A stretch of 64,000 nt of DNA from a virus (lineage: Duplodnaviria; Heunggongvirae; Uroviricota; Caudoviricetes): the IMG/VR virus record IMGVR_UViG_3300035520_000350, positions 160,466 through 224,465 of that record. One strand, 5' to 3'. A model generated the notes under the pieces. It was not told the origin of the DNA. It did not search any database and saw nothing but the letters and a program-made list of their open reading frames with translations. Each line of letters begins with the position of its first letter. Within the stretch, counting starts at the first letter, position 1. The translations under genes and the position numbers were made by a program. Below, in pieces: positions 19,971 to 28,996 of this stretch.

Positions 19971-20837
19971 ATGTTTGACACAAATGGTAACAACACTTAT
20001 GGAGGGGTAGTGTATAACCCACAGAACGGTCAGTATCAGCAGAAGCAGACAAGTACATTGACTCAGGAGGAGTACAATCGCCTCATGAAGCAGGAGAACC
20101 GCTTCAGTCTGGCTTTGACCGAAACAGAAGTACTGAGAGGTCTGTGCAATCACAGATCACTTGACGGTATGAAAGATATGCTTACGCAGGACCCGGATGG
20201 AACAGTTCGTTGCGAGGTATGCGGCTACAGATTTGAGCCGGTAGATCCGTCTATGACAGAAGAAGACGTTAAGGAATCGGTTAAGTTGATCACAGATATC
20301 CTGCAGACGATCAAGCTGCTCTTCATCGATATGCCGGTGAGTGCATCAAGAGAGTTCTTCCAGATTATTCCGCTTTTGGAGAAGGTTCCGGATCTGTTCA
20401 AGCTGGCTGTAAGTAACTTCAGCAAGCACGAGAACGTGAATGCTTGGGGCTACCGTGGTCAGAATATGGGAACGATGAATCTGTTCAACATGCTTTCCGG
20501 CGCTCTCAACGGTGGTACGCCGATGTATGGTCAGCCGCAGTATCAGCAGCCATTTCAGCAGCAGCCTATGAACAACGGTTACTATGGTGCATTCGGAACA
20601 CAGGTTCCGCCGATGAACGCTCCGGTAGGCGCGCAGGCTCCAATGGGTAATCCTGCTATGATGGGTGGTTACAATCCGCAGACAGTAGGTTTCCAGTATG
20701 GTCAGCCACAGCCGCAGATGCAGTATCCAATGGACCCGAACATGGCAGCACAGCAGGCAGGTGTACCGGTACAGACACCAACGACTGCAACAACAGACGG
20801 TAAAGAAGTAACCGTTAATACACAGCTTAAAGCGTAA
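19971..20837 (+). CDS. putative Zn-binding protein with Q/P/G/N/M/Y low-complexity tail
   Basis: CNH...CEVC; C-terminal ~100 aa nearly uncharged and Q/P/G-rich; AAGGAGG RBS. Confidence 0.8.
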   Translation: MFDTNGNNTYGGVVYNPQNGQYQQKQTSTLTQEEYNRLMKQENRFSLALTETEVLRGLCNHRSLDGMKDMLTQDPDGTVRCEVCGYRFEPVDPSMTEEDVKESVKLITDILQTIKLLFIDMPVSASREFFQIIPLLEKVPDLFKLAVSNFSKHENVNAWGYRGQNMGTMNLFNMLSGALNGGTPMYGQPQYQQPFQQQPMNNGYYGAFGTQVPPMNAPVGAQAPMGNPAMMGGYNPQTVGFQYGQPQPQMQYPMDPNMAAQQAGVPVQTPTTATTDGKEVTVNTQLKA

Positions 20838-20869
20838 CAGTCATATCCAAAAACAGGCAAAATAATAAT

Positions 20870-20902
20870 GGGGTAGGAGGTTAATATCTCCTACCCCGTT
20901 TT
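20870..20902 (+). terminator. intrinsic terminator
   Basis: GGGGTAGGAG...CTCCTACCCC plus T-run. Confidence 0.75.
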
Positions 20903-21002
20903 ATCTCTTGTCTAAGATTTTTTCTTCTCTTGAGTAATCATTCATAAAATGATAAACTATATAGTTGATCGAGATATGAAATAAACTTTAACGAAAGGTG
21001 TA

Positions 21003-21016
21003 AACAAGGTAATAAT
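21003..21016 (+). promoter_or_regulatory. late-type promoter AACA-N6-TAA
   Basis: AACA-aggtaa-TAAT upstream of gyrB. Confidence 0.6.
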
Positions 21017-21062
21017 GATCATATCCAATGATTAAAACTATAGAAAGGAAGTACAGTGATAT

Positions 21063-22616
21063 ATGGCTTCATTAAATGAAAGCATGAAAGCAGCCGTTGA
21101 TAACTATGCCAATGATATTATTACATTGAAAGACTTTGTAACGGCTGTACGTAAACGACCCGGTATGTATATCGGAGCTGCTGAAGATGCTATATTGAAT
21201 TGCATCAGAGAGATATTTCAAAACTCTATTGATCAGATGGTAGATCCTGGTAGTCCCTGCGATTGGTTCTCATTATATTATAATGAGCAAACCTTAGAGT
21301 TCGTAGTAGAGGATAATGGATTAGGTTTTCCATTTGATCAGATTATAAGAATCCTTACAACTCAACATACCTCGAAGAACTTTGAGAAGAAACTGTTTCA
21401 GTATTCATCAGGACTTCATGGTATAGGTGCTAAGGTAGTTAATGCTTTATCTGAGTACTTTAAGGTAGAGTCGTATAGATACGACGGTAAGGCAGTAATG
21501 ATGGAATTCCGTAAGGGTTATCCGTTATATGATAAGCCTAAGGTTATTCCTAATAAAGAAAAGAAGCAAGGTTCTAGGATTACATTTAGTCCTGATACAG
21601 AGATACTGGATCAGACTAACTTAGATTGGAGAACCTTATATAGACTGGTAAAGAATATCATGTCATTGACGCCTATTGGTTGTCATATGGATTTCTTTGC
21701 CGTAGATTCCAATGGTAAGAAGATTACAGAGTCTATCACTAATACTGATGGGATTCTGACCAATATAATTATGAAGGTTAAGCATCCTGTTGCTAAGCCT
21801 ATCGTAATAACGGCAGACGATGGAACACATAGATTGGAGTGTGCTATCTGCTATGATATAGGAGATGAGAATACTGGTTTGATGGATATGGAAAGCGTTA
21901 CCGCTTTCTCTAACTTCTGTCCTACCAGAGGTGGAACTCATGTAGATGGAACTATCGAAGGAATCACTAGATGGTTCACTCTATATATGAACAACATCTA
22001 TCTCATAAATCAGAAGTCTAAAGATAAGCTTAAAGTTAATGCTAATGATATTAAGACTGGTTTAAACCTTATGATTGGAGCAGCTCACTTAGAGCCTATT
22101 ATGGTAGGTCAGTCTAAAGAGTTGCTTAGTAATCCAGATATGATTCCATTCTGTAAAGAGACCGTAATGAAAGGTCTTGATGAATGGAGTAAATCTAATC
22201 CTCAAGATTTAGCTAAGTTAGCTAAGTTCTTTAAGGAAGTAGCTGAAGTTAGACAGAAGACTGAAGCTAGTAAGCAGAAGATTGCTACTAAATATAAAGC
22301 AAGTGTATTATCTGGTTTACCAGATAAGTATGCTAAGCCATTAGGAAAGGAACATCTTGAACTACTTATAGTAGAAGGAGATTCCGCTGGTGGTATGGCT
22401 AAGAACGGAAGAGACAAATATAGGCAAGGTGTATTCCCAATCAGAGGTAAAATGCCTAATGCATTCCAGAAATCTTATAAAGAGTTCATGGCTAATGCAG
22501 AGGTACAAGCTATCATAAACATCTTGCTTGGTGGAAAAGAATATACAAGAAAGTTTGATCCGTATAAAGACGTGAAATATGAGAAAGTCATATTCATGGC
22601 TGATGCGGATGTGGAT
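21063..22616 (+). CDS. gyrB: type IIA topoisomerase B subunit (GyrB/ParE-like), exon 1
   Basis: VRKRPGMYIG, EDNGLG, SSGLHGIGAKVVNALS, GGTHVDG, IVEGDSAGG, PIRGK, ends at MADADVD. Confidence 0.92.
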
Positions 22617-22960
22617 AGACAATACTGTCCGAAAATGCTTTTCGCTTAACTAGGCGGGTCATTATATTATAATGGCTAACGGTAAGAGTTGAATAAGACT
22701 GATGTATGAAGCCGAGAGGAGATATACATCCAATAGACCATAGACGAAGTAGCTCTCTAAGAAAGCCTAAGGACCATATCTAAGATATGGTTAGCTTGGT
22801 ACTACCGTGGGAAATATAAGTAGTAATACTTATAAACCCTGTATCGACTATCCTCGTGAGGAGGAGTACGGCTACTATTAGTACGTAGCTGGAAAGAGCA
22901 TTCTATCTATTATAGATAGTAAAATATAGTCAGTACCATTGGAAACAATGGACTAATACG
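22617..22960 (+). ncRNA. group I intron (344 nt, no ORF, IA-like) in gyrB
   Basis: removal restores DADVD|GAHINALLL; exon ends in U, intron in G; P1 GGAU|AG pairs with CUGUCC (U-G at splice site); P7 GACUA/UAGUC; P9 CCAUUG-GAAA-CAAUGG. Confidence 0.9.
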
Positions 22961-23773
22961 GGTGCGCATATTAATGCGTTATTGCTTAGGTTCTTTCTGT
23001 TGTATATGCCTCAGCTTATAGAAGCAGGTAAGGTATATAAAGCAGTTCCACCATTATATTCAGTAGCCACTGGAAAGAAAACTACCTACTTTACAGATCA
23101 GGTAGACATCACGAGATACATCCAGAAGTACTTTACTCAGAATCATGCTATCACAAGAGCTGGTAAAGGAGGAAGTAAACTTACTGGGAAAGAACTTACT
23201 GTTCTATTCTTAACGAATGTGGATTATGTATATGAGTTGGAGAGAATCTCTAAGACATATGCTATGAATCCGGCATTGCTTGAGATGGTGTTATTGAACT
23301 ACTACAACAAGCAATCTATATCTTCTCTTAAGAAAGAGATTAAGTCTAACTATAGATTTATGGATGTCTCTAAGAGAAATGGAGTATATGTTGTAGAAGG
23401 TACTATAGATCAGTCTTATGAGTTATTCATCACTGATAAGCTGATCAATGATTGTTCTCTTATACTTAATATCATTAGTAAGAATGAGTCTACTTGCTAT
23501 AATATGGATGGTAAGGAGGCTTCATTATATGAAGTAATGAAAGAGTATGAGAAGTGTACACCGAACAGTTTACAGCGTTATAAGGGCTTAGGTGAAATGG
23601 ACGTAGAGGAGATCATTGAATCTACTATGAGTCCGTTCACTAATCGTACTTTAGTACGGTATACTCTTGAAGATGCTAAAGAGGAGATTGAGGCAATAAG
23701 AGACTATGAAACAGATTTGTCTAAGTTACTAAATCTCGTCGGAGAAGTCAATAGACAAGATCTATTAGACTAG
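22961..23773 (+). CDS. gyrB: type IIA topoisomerase B subunit, exon 2
   Basis: GAHI..LL, PPLY, QRYKGLGEM; in frame with exon 1 after splicing (788 aa total). Confidence 0.92.
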   Translation, partial: GAHINALLLRFFLLYMPQLIEAGKVYKAVPPLYSVATGKKTTYFTDQVDITRYIQKYFTQNHAITRAGKGGSKLTGKELTVLFLTNVDYVYELERISKTYAMNPALLEMVLLNYYNKQSISSLKKEIKSNYRFMDVSKRNGVYVVEGTIDQSYELFITDKLINDCSLILNIISKNESTCYNMDGKEASLYEVMKEYEKCTPNSLQRYKGLGEMDVEEIIESTMSPFTNRTLVRYTLEDAKEEIEAIRDYETDLSKLLNLVGEVNRQDLLD

Positions 23774-23776
23774 GAG

Positions 23777-24268
23777 GTGAATTTAAGAGTAATGAGTAAA
23801 TTCATCGAAGTTAAGGACGCGCTTGGAATAGATAACGAGCGCGTCTGGTATTATATACCTGGGTTTAATGGATACGAGATATCCAATGATTATTACATCA
23901 GAAGTATGAAGCATTGGAAGAAGTATCCTACAGGTATTCTCATCAAGCCTATATCAACTAGGCAATCTGATGGGTTACAAACGTTTGAGCTTTCTAATGA
24001 TAATAATGAAAGAGTTAGAGTAACTCCATTTGAATTAATGGAGTTAGCTAAGTCCAACAATTATCAATATCCTGGTTATCCTAGAAAGACATATCAATGT
24101 GATATGGCTCCACGTAATATACATGCATTCATTAAGAAGAAGGAACAGCCTAGATATAATGAAGAAGCAAACATCATACCACATTTCAGTGTGATAAAAG
24201 AATCTAAGACAGAGATTATATGTCCAGTATATGATCTGTCAGGAAGGGGTATGTATTATGGTAGGTAA
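23777..24268 (+). CDS. NUMOD4-domain protein with no evident HNH catalytic motif
   Basis: WYYIPGFNGYEISNDYYIRS...ILIKP matches NUMOD4; no His-Asn-His pattern downstream. Confidence 0.65.
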   Translation: MNLRVMSKFIEVKDALGIDNERVWYYIPGFNGYEISNDYYIRSMKHWKKYPTGILIKPISTRQSDGLQTFELSNDNNERVRVTPFELMELAKSNNYQYPGYPRKTYQCDMAPRNIHAFIKKKEQPRYNEEANIIPHFSVIKESKTEIICPVYDLSGRGMYYGR

Positions 24269-27200
24269 GAAACAGCCTAAAGCAGAAGATACATCAAACA
24301 AAGAAGAGACTAGTAGAATTTTAGAGCACGATGTATTAGACAGTTATGAACAGGACATGGTAAAGTATTCTATTATCGTAGATAGAAGAAGATCTTTACC
24401 GGAGGACAGGGATGCATTAAAACCTGTACAAAGACGAGTGATATATGACATGTATAAGCAACATGCGACATCATTTGGTAAAAGAATTAAGTCTTCTGCA
24501 ATAGTAGGAGACACTATGAAACTATTCCATGGACATGGTGAGTGCAATCAGGCGAATACGTTATTGCTTGGACTTGATGGAAAGACGTATACTATTGGAG
24601 AGTTATATGAAAATCATGTAGAATCTCTTGAGATATTATCTGTTGATCCATCTAGCGGAAATGTGATCAAAGCTGTAGCTTCCGATTTCCGTATAGGACA
24701 GTATACGAATGAGAAATATCATATCGTATTCTCTAATGGAGGTGAGATAGTTTGTACATCTAATCATCCGATTATGATGCACGATAAAAGTTATCTTCAG
24801 GCTAAGGATATTAAGCCTGGAATGGTTGCAATGAGAAAGCTGATAGCTATGAACTCAAATATGATTGGATTGGTTGAATCAGATAATTGCAGCCCTCAGA
24901 TGAATCATATGTTTGAAGTATTTGATCGGATTGTGTTGAAAGGGCAGAAGATCAATCGGGAAAATTATATATCAAACGAAGACGAAGAGCCTGTTGAAAT
25001 GGCTCTGTTTGGGTATTATATGAATTGCTTCTATAAACTCAAACCCATTATTGCTAAAGTCTGGATTGAGCCAACTGATAATGAGCCAATGTATGACTTC
25101 ACAGTAGTTGGTCCAGAGAATATGCTGATACCAATTGGAAATACAGATAGTTCCATGTTTCCGATGGCTTGTATTCATAATAGTTCTATCTATGGAACTA
25201 TGGAACCTTTGGCTAACTGGTTCAAATGCAAGATGCCGTTGATAGCTCCTAAAGGTAACTGGGGTACTATAATGGGTGATGGTCCTGCGGCTATGCGATA
25301 CACTGAAGCCGGATTATCTGAGTTTGGTATGGAGTGTGTTATTGGAGATCTTAAGGAGCATGAGAATATTGTAGATTGGATTCCAAACTATGATAGAAAG
25401 ACAGTAGAACCAGAGTTCTTACCAGTTAAAGTACCTTTACTTCTTATTAATGGAAGTTTTGGTATTGGTGTTGGAATGGCTGTTAATATCCCACCTCATA
25501 ATCTGATAGAAGTAGTTAATGAGGTTAGAGCAGTTATAAAAGACCCTGACCACGAGGTGGTTCTTGTTCCAGACCACTGCTTACCTTGTAATATCATTGA
25601 AACAGACTTTAGAGAAATCTCTAGAACTGGTAGTGGTAGTTATAAGGTAAGAGGTATTGTAGAAGTTACTGAGTTCAAAGGTGATCCTGCACTTATAGTA
25701 CGTTCATTACCGGATAGAGTAACAACTGATGTCATTGTAAAGAAACTTCTTGAGATGATTGAGAAGAAACAGTTGCCAATGATTAAAGATATCTCCGATG
25801 CTTCAGCAAATGGTAATGTAGAGATCATTATCCAGCTTAGGAAAGGTTCTGATCCGGGATATGTAAAAGAGGTATTGTATGCTAAAACTCAGGTGCAGGA
25901 TACAGTATCTGTAAACTTCATGGTAGTTCATGGAGTGAATCCTAAAAGAATGTCCTATACAGAATATGTAAAGGAGTTCTTAAAGTTAAGAGCTACTACT
26001 AAGTTTCGTTTGTACTGCAATAAGTTACAGGTCTCTCTAACTAGATATCACCAGCTTATCGCTTATATTAAGTTACTGGAATCTGGCGAGATTGATAACG
26101 TAATCAATATGGTTAGAAAGCAGACTCATATAGAAGACGATTATGTGGTTGAGTATCTGATTAAGAAAGTAGATCTGACTGACTTGCAGGCTAAGTTCAT
26201 ACTTGGTACAGATATCAGAAAGTTGTCTAAAGCTTATCTGAATAAGTACAAAGAAGAACTTGCAGAACTTGTTAAGAACCAGAAGTATTATGAGGAAGCA
26301 GTAACTGATCAGAGTTCTACTATTATCATGAATGAAATAGATAAAGAACTTGAGGCTATTGCTAACAAGTATGGTTCTCCTAGATTATGTAGAGTAATAA
26401 AGGCAACAGACGATAACAATATCCCTAGAGGAACATTCAAGGTGGTTATCACAGAAGGTAATTATGTAAGAAAGATTCCGGATACGGATAAAGTAGGAGT
26501 TGTAAAGAAAGACAATCCTAAGTTTATACTTAGAGTAGATAACGCGGAGAGTCTTCTTATCTTTGATAACAAAGGTAAGGTATTCAAGTTGCCTGTATAT
26601 AAGATTCCCGTAACTGATAAGGCTGGATCTGGTACTGATATAAGAGTATTGCAGAAGAATCTTACTTCTGATATCATATCAGTAATCTATGAGCCAGTGT
26701 TAAAGAAGATTGCAGAGGGAAACAGAAAGCATTATCTTACGGTAGTGTCTAAGAAGAACTCTATCAAGAAGCTTGATATTGAAGACTTCTTGAATGTAAA
26801 TGTTTCAGGACTTATGTACTCTAAGGTTCTTGACGACGATGAGATTGCTGATGTAGCATTAGTTCCAGTAGACTTAGATGTAATCATCTATTCAGGTCAT
26901 AAGGCGTTAAGATGTCCTACTAAGAGCTTACCATTGTTTAAAAGAAATGCTGCTGGTAGTAAGGCTATGAATGTAAAGGATGATATTGAAGGTTTATCTG
27001 TGATATATCCTGATGCAAACAATATCATAGTCATTACACGTAATGGTAAGATCAATCGGTTTAGATCTGAAGGATTAGTATCATCAGAAAGAGCTAAGTC
27101 CGGGACATCCGTAATCAAGTTAGACTCATCTGATTCTATCTTCTCTATCTATGGAGTTAATGATAACGACATAATTAGAGTAGTAACAACAGATGGTGTT

Positions 27201-27317
27201 CAGGAAATTCATGTATCAGAAGTTCCTTTAGGATCATCTGTCATGAAGGGTACAAAGATGATCAATCTCAAGTCAAACTTGATTGTGAGAACAGATATTT
27301 TAAAAGGAATAGGTTAG
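24258..27317 (+). CDS. gyrA: type IIA topoisomerase A subunit (GyrA/ParC-like) with intein
   Basis: RSLPEDRDALKPVQRR, HGHGE|SSIY, catalytic AAMRYTE, NGSFGIGVGMAVNIPPHN, C-terminal pinwheel repeats; start 24258. Confidence 0.92.
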   Translation: MVGKKQPKAEDTSNKEETSRILEHDVLDSYEQDMVKYSIIVDRRRSLPEDRDALKPVQRRVIYDMYKQHATSFGKRIKSSAIVGDTMKLFHGHGECNQANTLLLGLDGKTYTIGELYENHVESLEILSVDPSSGNVIKAVASDFRIGQYTNEKYHIVFSNGGEIVCTSNHPIMMHDKSYLQAKDIKPGMVAMRKLIAMNSNMIGLVESDNCSPQMNHMFEVFDRIVLKGQKINRENYISNEDEEPVEMALFGYYMNCFYKLKPIIAKVWIEPTDNEPMYDFTVVGPENMLIPIGNTDSSMFPMACIHNSSIYGTMEPLANWFKCKMPLIAPKGNWGTIMGDGPAAMRYTEAGLSEFGMECVIGDLKEHENIVDWIPNYDRKTVEPEFLPVKVPLLLINGSFGIGVGMAVNIPPHNLIEVVNEVRAVIKDPDHEVVLVPDHCLPCNIIETDFREISRTGSGSYKVRGIVEVTEFKGDPALIVRSLPDRVTTDVIVKKLLEMIEKKQLPMIKDISDASANGNVEIIIQLRKGSDPGYVKEVLYAKTQVQDTVSVNFMVVHGVNPKRMSYTEYVKEFLKLRATTKFRLYCNKLQVSLTRYHQLIAYIKLLESGEIDNVINMVRKQTHIEDDYVVEYLIKKVDLTDLQAKFILGTDIRKLSKAYLNKYKEELAELVKNQKYYEEAVTDQSSTIIMNEIDKELEAIANKYGSPRLCRVIKATDDNNIPRGTFKVVITEGNYVRKIPDTDKVGVVKKDNPKFILRVDNAESLLIFDNKGKVFKLPVYKIPVTDKAGSGTDIRVLQKNLTSDIISVIYEPVLKKIAEGNRKHYLTVVSKKNSIKKLDIEDFLNVNVSGLMYSKVLDDDEIADVALVPVDLDVIIYSGHKALRCPTKSLPLFKRNAAGSKAMNVKDDIEGLSVIYPDANNIIVITRNGKINRFRSEGLVSSERAKSGTSVIKLDSSDSIFSIYGVNDNDIIRVVTTDGVQEIHVSEVPLGSSVMKGTKMINLKSNLIVRTDILKGIG
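24543..25181 (+). mobile_element. mini-intein (213 aa) in GyrA
   Basis: starts C (CNQANTLL), block B CTSNHPI, block F MYDFTV, ends IHN before +1 Ser; no LAGLIDADG motif seen. Confidence 0.9.
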
Positions 27318-27329
27318 TTAGAAGTTTAA

Positions 27330-27355
27330 GGGGGTGTACTTTACGGTACACCTCT
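27330..27355 (+). terminator. terminator hairpin
   Basis: GGGGTGTAC-tttacg-GTACACCTC after gyrA. Confidence 0.6.
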
Positions 27356-27396
27356 AAGCACCTAAATAGGCTTTATTTCTTGTTTACTATGTCTAG

Positions 27397-27410
27397 AACA
27401 GGTATTTAAT
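27397..27410 (+). promoter_or_regulatory. late-type promoter AACA-N6-TAA
   Basis: AACA-ggtatt-TAAT. Confidence 0.65.
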
Positions 27411-27414
27411 AACT

Positions 27415-27669
27415 ATGAGAAAGGAGATCACTAATATGGCTAGTGTTAGTATGAATGACAATTGTGAGACATGCTCTCACAAGAACGTTTGTAAGTATGA
27501 TTCAAAGGTTCAGAGCTTATTAAAAGCTATTGAGAGTGTTGCAGAAGGTAGCACTCCTATTGTAAACGTCAATGTTGAGTGTACTAATTTTCAGCACGCA
27601 GTCGGAAACATCAAAGGTGGAAAGGTTTATCGTGGAATCGACTTAGGAGGTGGCATGAAGAGTGTCTAG
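27415..27669 (+). CDS. small Cys-rich protein
   Basis: CETCSHKNVC...C; true start probably ATG 27436 after AAGGAG. Confidence 0.7.
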   Translation: MRKEITNMASVSMNDNCETCSHKNVCKYDSKVQSLLKAIESVAEGSTPIVNVNVECTNFQHAVGNIKGGKVYRGIDLGGGMKSV

Positions 27670-28912
27670 CGGATTTAAGTTAATGGATTCATTCAGATCT
27701 CAAATTAAGAAAATGAAAGTTGCTGGTATCAATACTACAGCAGAGTTTGATGTAGGATATCCTACAGGTTTTCTTTCTCTTGACTTTCTGAATGGTTGTG
27801 TCATTCATGTAGAGACAGAAGAGATCCATACAAGTTATAACAGTATCGGAATCATTGATGGTTCTGCTAATACTTTCATTGGAAGATCTGGTTGTGGTAA
27901 GTCTACATTAATTATGCAGACTGCCGCTAATATCATCAGACCATATCCTAGAGGGAAGTTGTTCATTGATGATATTGAAGGCTCTTTACCTCAGTACAGG
28001 AAAGAAGTTCTTATTGGATTTCCTAAGGAAGAGTTTGCAGATCGTGTAGATATGCGTAACACCGGTATCACTACAGAGAACGTCTATAAGCGTATTAAGC
28101 TTATTCATGATCTTAAGATTGAGAATAAAGATGAGTTTGAGTACGACACTGGGTTATATGATACAGATGGCAAAAGAATCTTCAAGTTACAGCCTACTAC
28201 ATACGTTATTGATTCTCTTCCAATGCTTATGCCGGAAGATATTGCAACAGAGGATGAGATCAATGCTGGTATGGGAGCAGCGGCTATTGCTAAGATGAAT
28301 ACCCAACTTGTAAAGAAGATTTGTCAGCTTCTTAAAGAGGCTAACATCATGTTGTTCAGTATCAATCATATCCTTGATGATATCCAGCTTAATCCTTATC
28401 AGAGAAAACAGGCTCCTGTAGCAGGATTAAAAGAGGGTGAGAGATTGCCGGGAGGTAGAGCAGCAGTATATCTTGCAAACAACATGTTCCGCCTTGATGA
28501 TACAAAGACTCTTAAAGAGACAGAAGGATTCGGTATTGATGGTTCCGTTGTTATGGCTTCAATCGTTAAGTCAAGATCAAACAAGACCAAGAAAGCTGTT
28601 CCTCTTATCTTCAATAAGACAGAGGGTAGATTCGATAATGAACTGTCTCTGTACTATCTTCTTAAGGAAGAGGGTAGAACAGGAGGAGCCGGTTCTTATA
28701 TGTATCTGAACGCATTGCCTAATGTAAAGTTTGCGCAGAAGAACTTCAAGGAAGTACTTGCTACTAATCCAGAAGTACAACAGGTATTTGCTAAAGAGTG
28801 TTATGATGTCCTTAAAACATTCTTATCAGATATGAAGGTAGAGAGATATGAGGAAGGTGAGCAACCTAAGTTCAATATCAATGATTTGATACTTGGATAC
28901 TCAGCCGCTTAA
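27662..28912 (+). CDS. recA: RecA/UvsX-like recombinase
   Basis: PTGFLSLD, Walker A GRSGCGKST, DIEG, VIDSL, INH, PGGRA, IVKSR. Confidence 0.85.
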   Translation: MSSGFKLMDSFRSQIKKMKVAGINTTAEFDVGYPTGFLSLDFLNGCVIHVETEEIHTSYNSIGIIDGSANTFIGRSGCGKSTLIMQTAANIIRPYPRGKLFIDDIEGSLPQYRKEVLIGFPKEEFADRVDMRNTGITTENVYKRIKLIHDLKIENKDEFEYDTGLYDTDGKRIFKLQPTTYVIDSLPMLMPEDIATEDEINAGMGAAAIAKMNTQLVKKICQLLKEANIMLFSINHILDDIQLNPYQRKQAPVAGLKEGERLPGGRAAVYLANNMFRLDDTKTLKETEGFGIDGSVVMASIVKSRSNKTKKAVPLIFNKTEGRFDNELSLYYLLKEEGRTGGAGSYMYLNALPNVKFAQKNFKEVLATNPEVQQVFAKECYDVLKTFLSDMKVERYEEGEQPKFNINDLILGYSAA

Positions 28913-28927
28913 ATTGCAGGAGAAGAA

Positions 28928-28935
28928 TATATTAT
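28928..28935 (+). promoter_or_regulatory. early-type promoter TATATTAT
   Basis: recurrent motif upstream of an RNAP subunit. Confidence 0.65.
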
Positions 28936-28996
28936 AAGGTTGGAAGAGAACATTATGTTTCTCTTCCAATTTTGTAAGTATAAGGAGGTAAAAGCA

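Noticed and set aside
21063-23773. gyrB as a pseudogene or naturally split gene
   Set aside because: The gap has group I intron structure and splicing restores the frame and motif exactly
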